A stretch of 63,125 nt of DNA, filler included, from Lenisia limosa (GCA_001655205.1; 8 parts of 8 records of this genome joined end to end with filler, not necessarily neighbours in it); one strand, 5' to 3'. Shown: positions 23,871 through 37,337, numbered from the whole stretch's first letter. Numbers and translations are program-made. Notes: generated by a model from the letters alone, not told the origin.

Positions 23871-26800
23871 ATGAAATGAAAGCGATATATAGTCTCAGAT
23901 CTGCAATAGTCTTCTTGGCTACCAATCAGAAAAAGCAATGAAATCTACGCTAAACCCAAGGGGTTGAGCAACGTTTCTTGTGGCCATGTTCCAATAATCT
24001 GCAAACTAAGAGGTTTAAAAAGGATTATCAAGGGGGGGGGGGAAATGACGTGACAAATGCGTTCGCGCCAAGTTTCTTTTATCTATGAGCAAATAAAAAT
24101 TAATCCTTTTCATATAATATCCCGAGCTTTACTTGGGTAGGTAGTTAATATATATATTTTCACATTGTGAAAGTGGTCAAATTTCTGCTGATTGGGTATT
24201 TTCCCTTTAAAATGGTGATTAAAATGGTGAAAAAATGGAGAGAAATGTTCTATTGGGAGGAATTAAGTAGTTTAATTGTGTCTTATTTCATTTTCTAATA
24301 TTCAGAATACCCACAGTCTTCAAAGAAAGCAACAGTATTACCAATGGGCATCTTCTGTGCCTAATGTAAGCAAATTTATTTTTTTTTCTGATTTTTGGAA
24401 AATAATCAGCGTTCTCTTGGTAAAACAAGATGCACACACACAAGGTTTCTGTAGTAGTAACCGAGAGAATGTGGAAATAAACTACGCTGATGCAAGGGGG
24501 AATATATATCGAGTATAAATTTCGCAAATTGCTGTATATTTGCTTATACAACTACTTTCAGGTGGTGGTTCAAAGATGGATTTTGTACGCTTTACGTTGT
24601 TTATTCGCAGGAGTTTTGATTAAAACCTGGAAAAAGCCAAGAATCGTCAAAACAATTCCTACAATAACTCCCTTTTTAGTTTCGAGCAGGATTCCAAAAA
24701 AAAGACAAAAATAAATTTACATTTTTAACTTTTTTTCAATTTTTTGAGAAATTTACGCTCATTTTTGCTCAATTTTCAGTTTTGTCTTTGTCTTATTCAA
24801 TCACCAGACTGGAGATTCTTTGTAAAGGAAGATATTGCGCATCTTCTTTTGACATGTACTTGTAAGTAAATTCAAGGAAGCCGCAAAACAACTCTCGCCA
24901 AACTAAAATAGCAACTTGGAGCAGCATTCGACATCAATGAAGTAGGCGTTCTTCTCGATTCAAGTAGTGTCCTCAAAGTGTGTTTGTGAAGCCCTCCTGT
25001 TACTGTCGTTTTCTATGAGTTTCTTTGTGTACAGTTGAACCACCGGATCTTTATCCTAGTTTCAATAGAGACTTTAATGCAAAAAAAGCGTCCTCCATCG
25101 CAGTCGAGGCGAGCAAAGATTCCTCCTTTCTCAGACTCGACAACAGCCGAGGCTTTGTGGCCATTTTTGATATGTGTGACTTTCATAACACTCTTGAAGA
25201 GGAATAAAAGCTGCTCTTTTTCTATACAAACTGAAACATACTTCTCTTTATCACAAGTGACCATGATTTTATGCAGCGACCTCGGAAGAGGAATGAGGTG
25301 ATGTTATCAAAGAAGAAAGTTTGGTGCTGGGGTTGTAGATTCTAAATGAGTTATTTGGAGTGTAATCTATCACTTCAGTACTTAATCTTTGATTGAGGAG
25401 GTAGGTAGAATTAGCAGGCTGATCATCTTTTTCTATAGATCCAACTTGGAATAAAACAGTGTATCACTGAAACTGGTGCACCAATGAGCCCAGGAATATT
25501 ACCAGAAGTAAGTCTAGAGGATAAGGACACGGAAGAGCTTGTGATCCCTGGTTCCGGGATTAACTATGGTACTGATGTATGCTGGGGAGGGTGTGTGTAT
25601 ATTTTTTAAGATAATGATGAATGATCATAAGATATTAAAAACAAGGGTATATTGTTGTATAATTGATGAAGACACAAGCCGTCTTTCGAGCTTGCAAATG
25701 TTAGTGGGGTTTACCCTTCATTCGTACTGCCACACCCCTTTGCCCCGTAAATGATGTTTTATAGTTAGATCAGAGTGACAAAATATGATTTTTCGCAAAA
25801 AAAAAAGACCTCAAAACCGAAAATATGACTTTCTTATTTTCCCGAGGGTATATGATCCCCAAAGGAAGTTGACAGCAACTGAACTCCTAAAATCATGATT
25901 AATTGCTTATATTTTGTTAATAGTGCTAAGTACTACAGAGAACAACAAAGAAGAGAAAAGGAGGAACCCAGCTTAGAATAAATACCTTTGAGAAGATCCC
26001 TGAAAAGCCCCAGTCGAGCATCCTCAAAAGAAACACTTTGAATGTAAAGGCTGAGAGCAGGGGATTTCAACCAACCAAATAGAAGATCAAATCAAGAATA
26101 ATTTCAGTCAAATTTGGAAATAAAGTGATTATATCTCAAGGCCACCATTATATTATTTGACAAAAAGTGCATGAAACTTGAGGTTTTCGGGTCTGTAAAT
26201 CCAAATAACATGTCAAAAGTAAGTTCAAGTGGGCAAAATGTACCTTAACCCTCAAAAACCGACTTTTTAGGAAATACCTTTAGTCAATATTGACCTTCAG
26301 GTAAGAAAATCTCAAAATGAAAAACTTCACTTTCTAAAATATAACCTCCGAGTGGTTCCCACACCTTTTGTACCTCCAAGCAAACGATCAATCATGAGCA
26401 GTAGAATTGAAAGAGTCCGTGATTTGACAAAAGTCGTACAGGTTTTTGACTTTGCGGATTGGCCAAAAATTTGCTAAAACCCCACACGATATTCATCGTC
26501 CAGTAATTTTTCGGATCGAAATAATTCACCGCCATCATCCGAGTTCATTTTGAAAAGGAAAAGAAAGAAAAATATTTGGTACCAAAAGTCACATAGTTTG
26601 GATACCGGTTGTGAGGGGTGACACGTCATCGGAATGTCATATATATTATATGATGAATATGATGAAAAAAATATGAATGACATTTATCATATTTTACCCG
26701 CGGGAGCATACAATATGACATTTTTCATATTTTTTTTACCCGCGGGAATATGATATATTTATTATTGTATGATGATGATCTTAATATTTATTATATTAAT

Positions 26801-27186
26801 TACCCGGGGCTCTAGTATTTTTATCATATGATGCTGTCATTTGTATAAAGTAAGATTCTAGAAGAGATTCTACAGACCCCCGCTCCCTGATTTAAAATTT
26901 ACGGTTTGTCGTTTTTGTTTTGGAAAAACATTATGCACAAAGATCATACTCAATCTATCCAGGGGTTTTTTGTTTTGTTTTCTTATGATAATTGTTGACA
27001 AGATACAATCCTCGTTATATCTTTAAATTACTTTGCTGGTGGCGTTTCACAATTTTCCTCGTTCCAATTACGAGCCAGCCTGAAGTAATCTGTCCAATTA
27101 ATTGAAGTTAATCCATTTTCGAGAAGCATAATCGGTCATTAATTGGTAATTAATTTTATTTAATTGGTCAATTAATATGTAATTTA

Positions 27187-27323
27187 AATTAATTGGTCAA
27201 TTTTCATTACTAATGTTTCTTTTACCACGAATTCGTGATACTGACCTATTAAACTCCATAAGAAGAGGAAACCACGAATTCGTGGTAGGGAAATATTACC
27301 AATTATTAATTGACCAAATAATT
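27187..27323. repeat. Foldback inverted repeat with two CACGAATTCGTG palindromes
   Basis: Imperfect inverted arms of about 50 bp in an AT-rich intergenic stretch. Confidence 0.6.
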
Positions 27324-29190
27324 GCCAATTATTTCAACATCAAAAAGAATAGTTGAAAAAATTATTTATTTTCAATTAATTGGTCTACTGAAGAGTTACT
27401 GCTTATACCTTTTGACCATGTTGAATATAAAGAGCATATATACTATATATATGTGCTGGAGCGCCAAAACTCCAAATTTTATAATATAACTCCGAATTTT
27501 ATTTTTCCAACAACGCACAAATAAGTTCATATTTCATGAAAACAAAGAAAAAATGTACATAAAACATAAAATGAAGACAATAGAATACTGTTTTTTCCAT
27601 AAAAGAGCAAAATTGGATCACTTTTTTTTTGCTGATCTTGCCTTGATCTTGAAAAAAAAAAAAATTCCCCTGAAACGTCATTCTTTTACCAAAAGGCTCT
27701 TGAAGATATAATATACGAAATAGTTCATAGATAAAATCAGCAAAAGNNNNNNNNNNNNNNNNNNNNNNNNNNNNNGAGAAACCGTTGAGGCGTTTGAGAA
27801 GCTCAACTTTTTTCACCCTGTAAGTTGGAATGTAGTTTGTTTTCCACTCCGCTCCCTGTCTAATATTGAGCATTGCTATTGTAAGAAGCTCTCTATGAGA
27901 GGAAATCACCCACTCACGCTTCTCTATCTGATTTATCTTTTACCATTTGACCTTATTCAGTGGCACCATGGGGAGGAAAAAGGCAGTTCTTTACTTTGAG
28001 GAGAAGCTTCAAGGAATGGAGGTAAGAGATATTTGGGGAGTAAAACCAAATATCCTGACAAACATGGAAAAAGATCATATTCTCAAGGAGATTGCTGAGC
28101 TGATGGTGAATCTGCCACCTGATTCAATCTATGACCAGGCTTCGTTCTGCATGTACCCAATGGCAAGTGGCTACGCANNNNNNNNNNNNNNNNNNNNNNN
28201 NNNNNNNNNNNNNNNNNNNNNTTAATTAATTAANNNNNNNNNNNNNNNNNNNNNNNNNNNNNNNNNNNNNNNNNNNNTGAAACAAAAAAGCCCAAATAAA
28301 CTCTGTTGGGAAATGAGAAGTCTGAAATGGACCTGGTCACCTTCACAGAATACTTCATAATAAAAATATTTGTGTTTAGGGTTTGGGTGGGGAGGGGTAA
28401 GGAAACTGTGATGAAGAGTATTGGCGTAAAAAGGCACTAATCATAAACATTAATCTGAAGCTCCCAAACAAAAAAAAAAACCACAGATTGACAAAAACAA
28501 ACAAAAAAAATGACACAAACACATTGCCCAAGAGGGTGAGGTTTTCCAAGATTGGAATAGGTAAAAAGAAAGCGAATATAAACATGATAGTCATCAGTTT
28601 TACGTTACTATTCAGTAAACAGCAGAATGACCTTCCTTCCCGTACCTGTTTTGCTGAAGCAGACTGTTTGTGATTACTTCTGCTCTTCCCCATTTCAAAG
28701 TATTACGGAAAGAAATAGTACGCCTATTTATACTCAACAGACAGATGAGCAGCTCCCCTTCGATGATAGATGATCTGGAGATGGGCAGATGGTGAGGGCG
28801 GAGGGCTGTTCTTTCCTTCTCCCCCTTTTCTTTATTATCGTTTGTTGAGAGTTGGAGTAGTAGTATGGGTCAAGAAGAGGCTGAGAACGGGAGACGGGGC
28901 TGGACGGAAAACGAAACAAAAGATTGGCGCCGCCGGGCAGTATACGATTCCTTCTATCTCTGGACGGGGAGGAGGCCTTTCAATCAATATATGCAATAAT
29001 TTTGGTTGTTGCCAGTTTTGTTTATCACCTGCATTTTCACATTTTCATTCCCACTCGAGTTATAAATAAGTTATCCCCCCTACACCCACTCACCACCGAC
29101 TCCTGTTGAATACCCCAATAACACAAACGAAATAAACGAACAACGACATGCATCGATCTAGGCATGGAATAAAATAAAGGCGGTAACAAC

Positions 29191-31150
29191 TTAGATGAGG
29201 TCAGCGATGTTCTAAACGGTAAGACCCAGGAAAGAGGAATGGGGAAAAAAAAAAAGACAGCATGATGACATTCCTCTCTTACGACGGGGAGATCCTCAAT
29301 GGCAGTCTGGTAGAAGGACTCGATCTCTTGGAGAGCACCGATGTCCTCGGAAGTGACAAAGTTGATAGCGGCACCCTTACGGCCGAAACGACCACCACGT
29401 CCAATACTGCAACAAGTCAGTCTTATCCATTTCAAGCTATTTTTGGTATTTCAAGCCACAGCAAGAAAGGAGAAAAAAAAGGCATTTTAAAGCATACCGA
29501 TGGATGTAGTTCTCCTTGTCAGTGGGAAGATCGTAGTTGATGACGAGAGACACGGACTGGACATCGATACCACGAGCAAGAAGATCGGTGGTGATGAGAA
29601 CACGAGAGGCGGCGGCGCGGAACTGACGCATGATAAGGTCACGCTTCTCCTGGGACATCTCACCTAGGATGTAAAATGAAGAATTAAAACCACTAAGAAA
29701 AATGTGATAAAGCTCGTTAAGAGAGCCGCATACCGTGCATGCAAGAGACAGTGAAGTCCTTAGCGCGCATTTGCTCGGTCAGCCACTCGACCTACGCAAT
29801 TAGGCGTGGAACGTGAAAGCGCTTAAAGAAAGAAAAGGAACCGTCAGACCCGAAAGATGATAACCCCCATTGTTGTGCAAACGTCAGGAAGATAATAAAG
29901 TGTCATCATTGGTATGATTTAACCAGGGCAGATTATCGCCACCTACACGACGACGGGTGTTGACGAAGATGATGGCCTGGGTGATGGTGAGGGTCTCATA
30001 GAGATCGCAGAGAGTATCGAACTTCCACTCCTCCTTGTCGATAGCAACACGGTATTGGCTGATACCTAGGGTATGAGCAGTTGTCAGTCTTCAGAGAGAT
30101 GAATGGGACAGTGTGCTTACCTTCAAGGGTGAGCTGCTCCTTCTTGACGAGAATACGGATGGGGTTACGCATGAACTTCTCAGTGACCTCGAGGACGTCA
30201 ACGGGCATGGTCGCGGAAAGCAACACAACCTGGACGGACTCGGGGAGGTTCACGAAGATGTCGTAGATCTGAAGAGTGAGGAAAACAATTCGAGATTGGG
30301 ACCCAATAACAATCTTAAAAGATCTTTTATAATGGTATGCAAAGGTAGAAGGCCCAGACCAAGGCATACCTGCTCCTTGAAACCGCGAGAAAGCATCTCA
30401 TCGGCCTCATCGAGACAGAACATACGGAGGGTATCGACCTTGAGGGCTTGACGGTTGATCATGTCGTTAACACGGCCGGGAGTACCGACAACGACGTGAA
30501 CACCTTCAGCGAGACGAGCCATATCCTCACGGACGTTGGTACCACCGATGCAGGCATGAACCTTAGCATCCATGTAGTCACCAAGGGCAACGAGAACCTG
30601 GGAGGTCAGAAATGAATCGAACAAAACTCGGAAACTAAAAACGGGCACTAGAGTCTCACCTTCTGGATCTGCTGGGCAAGTTCGCGAGTGGGGGCAAGAA
30701 CAAGAGCTTGGATTTGGTTGATCTTAACATCAATAGCCTGGAGGATACCGATGGAGAAAGTGGCGGTCTAAATAGGTTACACACCTCAGTATAGGGTTGA
30801 ATAATCACCTTTCCGGTTCCAGACTGAGCCTGGGCGATAACATCACCACTCTTCATGATAGGGACGATACCACGCTGTTGGATGGCTGAGGGAAGCTCGA
30901 AACCATAAGCGTAGATACCCTTGAGGAGATCAGTCTTGAGCTCTAGGAGGAGTGAGAAAACAAATATCAGTCGACACAATTAACAAAGCTGTTTAAAACA
31001 ATCACATACCCATTTTGTCGAAAGTCTCATAGACTTCATCGTAGTTAGAGGCGATTTCGCCTGTTTGTTCTGTGCTAAAGAGGGTAAAGACTGGAATTTG
31101 GGATAGATATCATAATTACACTTCATTAATACTGCTTCAAACCTGGCCAT
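29191..31150 (-). CDS. eIF4A: Eukaryotic translation initiation factor 4A (DEAD-box helicase), 11 exons
   Basis: Complete reconstruction with ten GT-AG introns: [59 protein letters not shown] at 31150-31148, TAA at 29193-29191. Confidence 0.97.
29840..29913 (-). ncRNA. Box C/D snoRNA, snR39B/SNORD2-like, in eIF4A intron 7
   Basis: On the minus strand: box C ATGATGA (29909-29903), D' CTGA (29887-29884), D CTGA (29847-29844), and a short acc/ggt terminal stem. The guide ATCATCTTTCGGGT is complementary to the conserved LSU rRNA sequence ACCCGAAAGATGGT. Confidence 0.85.
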
Positions 31151-33014
31151 ATTTAAAAAGGCTCTTCTTTCACTAAAAAAAAGCCTATAAAGGAGCAGGT
31201 AACCCTATTTGAACTGAACTGAACTGAACCTCCTCCATTAACTCTCTGAGTTACCGCTTGCTATCCCCTCTCTATGTCTCCTTTTCTCTAAGTAGTTGAA
31301 GTCAGTGACAAATTTTTCTAATTTTGAGGGAGGGAGACGTCCACCCTTCTTTACTCGCCTTCACCAAATTTGAATTTACTGAGGCATGGAACACGCCTTT
31401 GGGAACAAAGATGTCCTTAGATGGCTTCAAAACCACAATATTAATTGTCAGTCACTTCTGGAACCGCAGTCCTTGATTGAGGTGGGTTAATTCTCAAATA
31501 TGGCTTGAGCGTCGCAAATTCTGTTTCCGAGAGAATTTCCTCCATTCTTTTCTGATATGAACGGCTTCTTATTTTGTTATCAACAATTGCTGCGCGTTTC
31601 AGGACATCTTTTTAGAGTATTTATCGCTTTAGACAATCGAGCAGTTGGTTGCGATGATAGAGGACAACAAAGATTCCATGGGAGCTAGCCCTGCAGTTTT
31701 AAAACAAGCTGCTTGTATGAAAGGGATACGAAATTATTTAATGAATGTAAATGCCTATTTACACGATAGGCTGGGCTTGTTTTTTTGTTGTTTGTTTTCA
31801 ACTATTGTCTGATTTTTCAATATTTTAGCCAACACAGCGTTGATTTTGGAGTTCTGTTTCATTCCCTATCACTCTCTACTACCCTCATATCCTACNNNNN
31901 NNNNNNNNNNNNNNNNNNNNNNNNNNNNNNNNNNNNNNNNNNNNNNNNNNNNNNNNNNNNNNNNNNNNNNNNNNNNNNNNNNNNNNNNNCAATCGATCAT
32001 TGTATTTCCTGCCGAGCATGGTATTATTGACAGAGTTTATGTAACCCTTTAGCGTATCGAGAAGAAATTGCTGCACTTAACAACGACATTCAAGTCCTTT
32101 CGCTTGTCAAGGAGTCCAAGGATTTTGAGTATGCAATCATTGAATGAGTTGGTCTAACATTGTTATTGAATGTTTGGCTAGTTTGGCACTTTGTTGAGAT
32201 GGTTGGTGATATTTTTGAATATTGGATGTTGAATCAATGGAAGGTCTTAAGGACGAAGTTTTGTCAAAAGATAATTTGTAATGGGACTGTAAAAGTGTGT
32301 AGAAACGGTTTTGGATGTTGCTGGCGTCTGTTTTTTTGGTTCATTCTCCATCCATAACCTATTCTAGGAAGGCGCTTTTGGATCACAAAAATGAGGCCAA
32401 GACACTTCTCACCAAAGCAAGCCAGAGAATGTAAACATTTCTTGTTAGCCCTTTCTATCGGTTCTACTCCGCTTCCTATTATGATTAGGCTGTTTTTTTT
32501 CTTTTTCTTATATGTTCTTCGTATTTGTGCTGATTTTGATGGTATTTAATGTATTTCTTGTAAAGTATGGTTATTGTGGAACCCTAATATTATAATGTAT
32601 GATGTTCATGAACACAGGATATAGTATTTCATCAGTTTATCACCGCTTACTGGGACACTATTGGGGAAAACATAATAAAATACATCCAAAACTTCTCACA
32701 AGCGAAACAAAAGCTCAACACAGCTACCAGTATTGTAAAGAAATAATAAAACCTGTTATGCAGGACTGCGCTGAGATACCAAATTCAGCCACTCATATAG
32801 CTCCTCAAACCCCCGGAGATCCAGGGCTGACGTCACAATCACTAGGGAAATTAATGATTAAGGCAGTTATCAATGAATCATTTCCCCTTATGTAGAAATG
32901 TGAATAATCCATCAAGGGTGTAATACCGTATGGGCTTCACTTCGGTTCGAAAAGACTGAGTTTCTCGATAAATCCTATCAATATTTAACCAGTATTTTTC
33001 GAACCGAAGTGAAA

Positions 33015-34708
33015 CTAATCACCATCCACCATTATGCTAGTAGCGATGTTGATACCCTCAACTCCCAACAGAAAGTCAGACACCTCTCGCCCACTCTGTA
33101 TTCGATCGTCAAGGTTGATGTTGATATTGAGCGCGTTTCTAAGCAACGCGTGATCTTTTCCGATCATTGAGTCTCTGAACTGTAAATTGGGACGCCATCC
33201 AATGCACAGCGTATAGAAATGTAGTAATATGAAAAAGTGCAGGTACAAACGAGAGCAAAGTACTGCAAAAAGCCCCCCACCCTTTATTCATAACCAGCAA
33301 CAACGGCTTTGAACGAGCTTTGTCGTCAGTCATTAATTTGTTGAGCAAGTACGCCGCCGCATTGAGAGACAATAAATTGGAGGCGTCAATGACAAACTGG
33401 AGGGTCAGCACGTGGTGTTTGGGGCAACACGATACGGGAAAACATTGATACCTATCGAGCATAGAAAGCAAACAAATCAAACTTAGATACCCCCACACAA
33501 GTACACTCTCANNNNNNNNNNNNNNNNNNNNNNNNNNNNNNNNNNNNNNNNNNNNNNNNNNNNNNNNNNNNNNNNNNNNNNNNNNNNNNNNNNNNNNNNN
33601 NNNNNNNNNNNNNNNNNNNNNNNNNNNNNNNNNTCAACCTGGGGGTCAAAAATGGAACCTGGAAACAAAAATAAATCGGAGGTATGTTATTATTATACAT
33701 GTAATAGTGGTGAAGTATTCTGTCACTTAAAAACAGAACACCATAGAATATGATATCTTTTGCGTGTAAATTACATGAAAAATATATTATTATTGTTCTA
33801 AAAGGCCAAAAACAGAAATCCAGCCCCGAGGTAAGGTAACAATGGAATCTTACGTAAACTCTATGGAGACCCCCCCCCCCTCAAATCAACTCTGTTAATG
33901 TGAGAAACACACGAGTTGAAAAAAATCAAAATACAATAAAAGGCCGCGCTTCTGCAGCCTCGTATCCCATCAACAAAATAAAATAAGGAGAAGAGCACTA
34001 CCCTGTCAAAAGCAGCTTGGAATCCATATTTTGCTTGTATCCAAATAATGATCAAGCATATACATGACCAGGGGTCGTTGTTTGAAAGAAATCCTTATCT
34101 GTTCCCTAAATATAGAAACAATCGCCTTCACCAAAAATAAAAAAAAAACCGAAGAGAAAAAAAAAAAAAAANNNNNNNNNNNNNNNNNNNNNNNNNNNNN
34201 NNNNNNNNNNNNNNNNNNNNNNNNNNNNNNNNNNNNNNNNNNNNNNNNNNNNNNNNNNNNNNNNNNNNNNNNNNNNNNNNNNNNNNNNNNNCACCAAATT
34301 ATAACCCCCATACCTTCTTCCCTGACAGCTTGATTTGCACGGACTCCACGCCAATCTATCGGGGTGACAACAAAACAAAGAGGAAGCCACGTCATAGAAA
34401 GACATGTTGTGACTGTGGTGATGACCAGAGGTGATTTGACAAGGTTGGGTAACAATGAAACAATTATCCAATTCGCAATACCGTGGGGTGAATAGCATAG
34501 TTAGTAAGGCACTGTAGAGGATGAAGATCAAAAGCCCCAACCGTGGAGAGGTAAGAAGATAACTGACGCTCATAGTTCTTCTTATTTCTTTGTTTATAAG
34601 CTGTTGGGAGGTGAGAAGCCATGAGGAATACACGGACGTACTCTGAATTCGACGAAGCAATGACGTTTTCCCTGATCCCTCTGTTCCAACAAAGAGGATC
34701 GTCTGCAT
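33015..34708 (-). CDS. Arf-family small GTPase, ARL16-like
   Basis: MQTILFVGTEGSGKTSLL (G1), HPT|IGVE (G2), ESVL|FVIDASN, LLLVMNKG|D (G4). The G3 exon probably lies in the N gap at 33512-33633; the 3' end is uncertain. Confidence 0.7.
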
Positions 34709-35710
34709 TTCACCTACATTTACATTTATAGGGTTTGTTTTCAAATCAGCGTTTCTTCTTTTCCAAAAGTAGGGACAACTATTGGTTGAGCGTTATCCCA
34801 GCAATTTTTATTATATTTGTAAAATTATTGTCTTTCATTTGATGATTTGATGAAGCTTTGAAACAGTTTAGTGACAGTATATTTCATTCATCTATCACAC
34901 AATCGAATTACAAACAGCACGAACAATTTTGTGACCTTGCAGTTTCCTCAAAATGTCAACAAAAATGAGTAAGCTGAGCTCTTCCAAGCCTCTTCTATTC
35001 ACCTTTCTCACGAATTTAGTCACAATTAATCCGTATAACCAGTCGGCGGCCAAACAAGCTCTTGATACTGAGGCAATAGAGGTGTGCTTTGATATTTGAT
35101 ATGAGCAGATTACATCTAACTCCTTTTGTTTGGTTCCCAAGTATATGACAGGGCCTTCTTCATATTACGTTTCCATAATAGCATCACAGTAGTACCCATG
35201 CTACCAGGATAGACGATAAGGGGACACCATTCACTACACTCACGCTTGAGTGACTTTTTATTGTTTGACATGGAGGCACGCAGAAAGCTGTGTTCACCTA
35301 GCCGTGAGGCCAATGATTGGATGAATTAAGTTATAGTTTAATCTTATAGCTCTTATAATCGTGATGGTGTGAACAGCTTTGGCCAGATACTGACATTTTT
35401 ATTATAATTATAATCTCTGCATAATATGATAAAGATAACAGTTTTCTATATTCTGAACCACTTATCTGAGAACGATAATCAACATGAAGTTGGTGAAATT
35501 CTTTGTCCTCTTTCATTCTTTACTTCCCCCCCTTTTATACTTTAGCCTTGTTTTGTTTTTCTCTGCTATATTATTGTCACATAAATCCTTGACAGTGAGC
35601 CTCCNNNNNNNNNNNNNNNNNNNNNNNNNNNNNNNNNNNNNNNNNNNNTTAATTAATTAANNNNNNNNNNNNNNNNNNNNNNNNNNNNNNNNNNNNNNNN
35701 NNNNCCCCCC

Positions 35711-36321
35711 CACAACAGTATCCCGAAGACGCTGGACTTCCACTCCGAGTGCCGCCTGATAGTCGGAAGCTGTGGAGTTAGTGCGCTGAAACCGTACTTG
35801 GCAGCAGGGGTTGGAAATTTTGGAAACGAAAACAGTAAGACAACTTTGCTTCAAGAAAGGTGTGAAATGAGGCTAACGAAAACAGTTTGACAACTTTGCT
35901 TCAAGAAAGGTGTGAAATGAGGCTAACGAAAACAGTAAGACAACTTTGCTTAAAGAAAAGTGTTAAATGAGGCTAATTGAGCTCATATTGGGGCTCGGAA
36001 TTAAGATTAGATTAATATGATTGCATTATGCTGTAGATTATTAAGTTCCATAAACAACAATCAAGACAAACGAAAACAATTGCAAAACACCAGAAATAAC
36101 AAACGTAATCGGCACAAATATCCAAACTCAAATAGCTCCATCCTGTCAGCACTGCCTTCCGTCCCACCAAGCCGCTCTTCAATGGCCACGATCACTTCGG
36201 CTGGAGGAGCAGGCGCTGCTGAAGGTGGTAACGGACGACGGGGGATCTTTGATGGCGATGTTGATCTTAAGCTATTGCTTTTGTGATGAGCTCCAGAGGG
36301 TGGAGGCCTTAGGAGGCCCAT
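35711..36321 (-). CDS. Hypothetical Pro/Ser-rich protein, first exons; truncated by the scaffold end
   Basis: ORF 36061..36321 plus a downstream exon ending in a GTGGGGGG donor. Confidence 0.45.
35825..35974. repeat. Tandem repeat, 3 x 50 nt
   Basis: AACGAAAACAGTAAGACAACTTTGCTTCAAGAAAGGTGTGAAATGAGGCT at 35825, 35875 and 35925. Confidence 0.9.
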
Positions 36322-36689
36322 AGTTGATAAAACGGTTCACCAAAATAACAACTGTTCACTCTTGTCGCCTGGCATTATTTTCTTTGTTTAGTATCAGTTT
36401 AGTTGTATCTCAGTAGTAGTATGTACACCTTTTTTGTGTGGTGTTTGGCTGGTTGCTTTTTTGTCTTTTTTAAAAAAATATCGAATAAATATCGACGAAA
36501 TATCGAGGCTTTAAACTGTGATCGAAAATGAAAGGGTAAGTTCTCTTAATTTAACAGGATAGCATCGTTTAGTGATAGATTTCATGTAAAGATAATCAGA
36601 ATGTCTTGTTCTTTTATATACTTTTTCGCATAAGTGATTGTTTAGGCATTTCTAGGAGTAAAATATTACTTTCAACAGATTATAACATT

Positions 36690-37337
36690 ATGACGGATAC
36701 ATTTGAGCCGTTTGGGGATGAATGGAGTCAGCAAACCAAGCTATCTCTTGCTTCAATCGACACTGTCTTGGACTTTATGTTCAAAAAGGGATTTAAGAAG
36801 TCATATGATTGTTTCATCCAGGAAATGGGTTAGTTTTTTTCTTAAACCGCTAGTTTTTACGATTCAGGCACCCTTGCCCTCTCCTCCCTGGACTCGTGGA
36901 AGGAATTCGTGAAACATTCAACACCGTCAAACTTAGAAGGTTTGAAGGATCCTCTGTGGCCCCGCCCTCGGCATATTTCTCCTTCCCCTTCCCAATTTCT
37001 ACCGCTTCTTTTCCGCGTCAACTCTCTCTTTGATTTTCCTCATACAATTAATATTCTTCTTTTGAGTTGTAATCTTTGAATATTCACAAAATCTACTCTG
37101 CTAAAGGCATGATCAGAGTTGTTGGTTGGGGTTGTGTGTGGATCTTTCATCTTGCTTGCAAGTATTTCTTCAAATAAACAGCAAATAGAATCATATATTC
37201 GGAAAGTGACAGGTGTAGATGCGCTGAAAACCAGTAAAACGTTCGATTTGGGCCACGTCAACTTTCTTATCCCCCTTGTTCCTGGGTCGGAGTTTTCTGA
37301 TGGTGAGCTGGCTGAGATTGGCGCATTGGTTGGGTGA
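36690..37337 (+). CDS. LisH-motif protein (N-terminal exons)
   Basis: SIDTVLDFMFKKGFKKSYDCFIQEM fits the LisH pattern; followed by GT-AG-bounded open exons. Confidence 0.55.

Noticed and set aside
27499-28177. Short ORFs, one with a weak HeH/Rho-N-like pattern (..KKVELLKRL)
   Set aside because: Too short and interrupted by gaps; no supportable family assignment.
5695-31230. (GAACT)4 at about 5695 and 31211
   Set aside because: Short microsatellite with only two copies and no consistent context.
34330-34460. DVAS as a degenerate G3 motif, and an SRP receptor beta annotation
   Set aside because: That stretch is intronic once PT|IGVE is spliced. The real G3 exon is probably in the N gap, and the remaining motifs fit the Arf/ARL16 type better.
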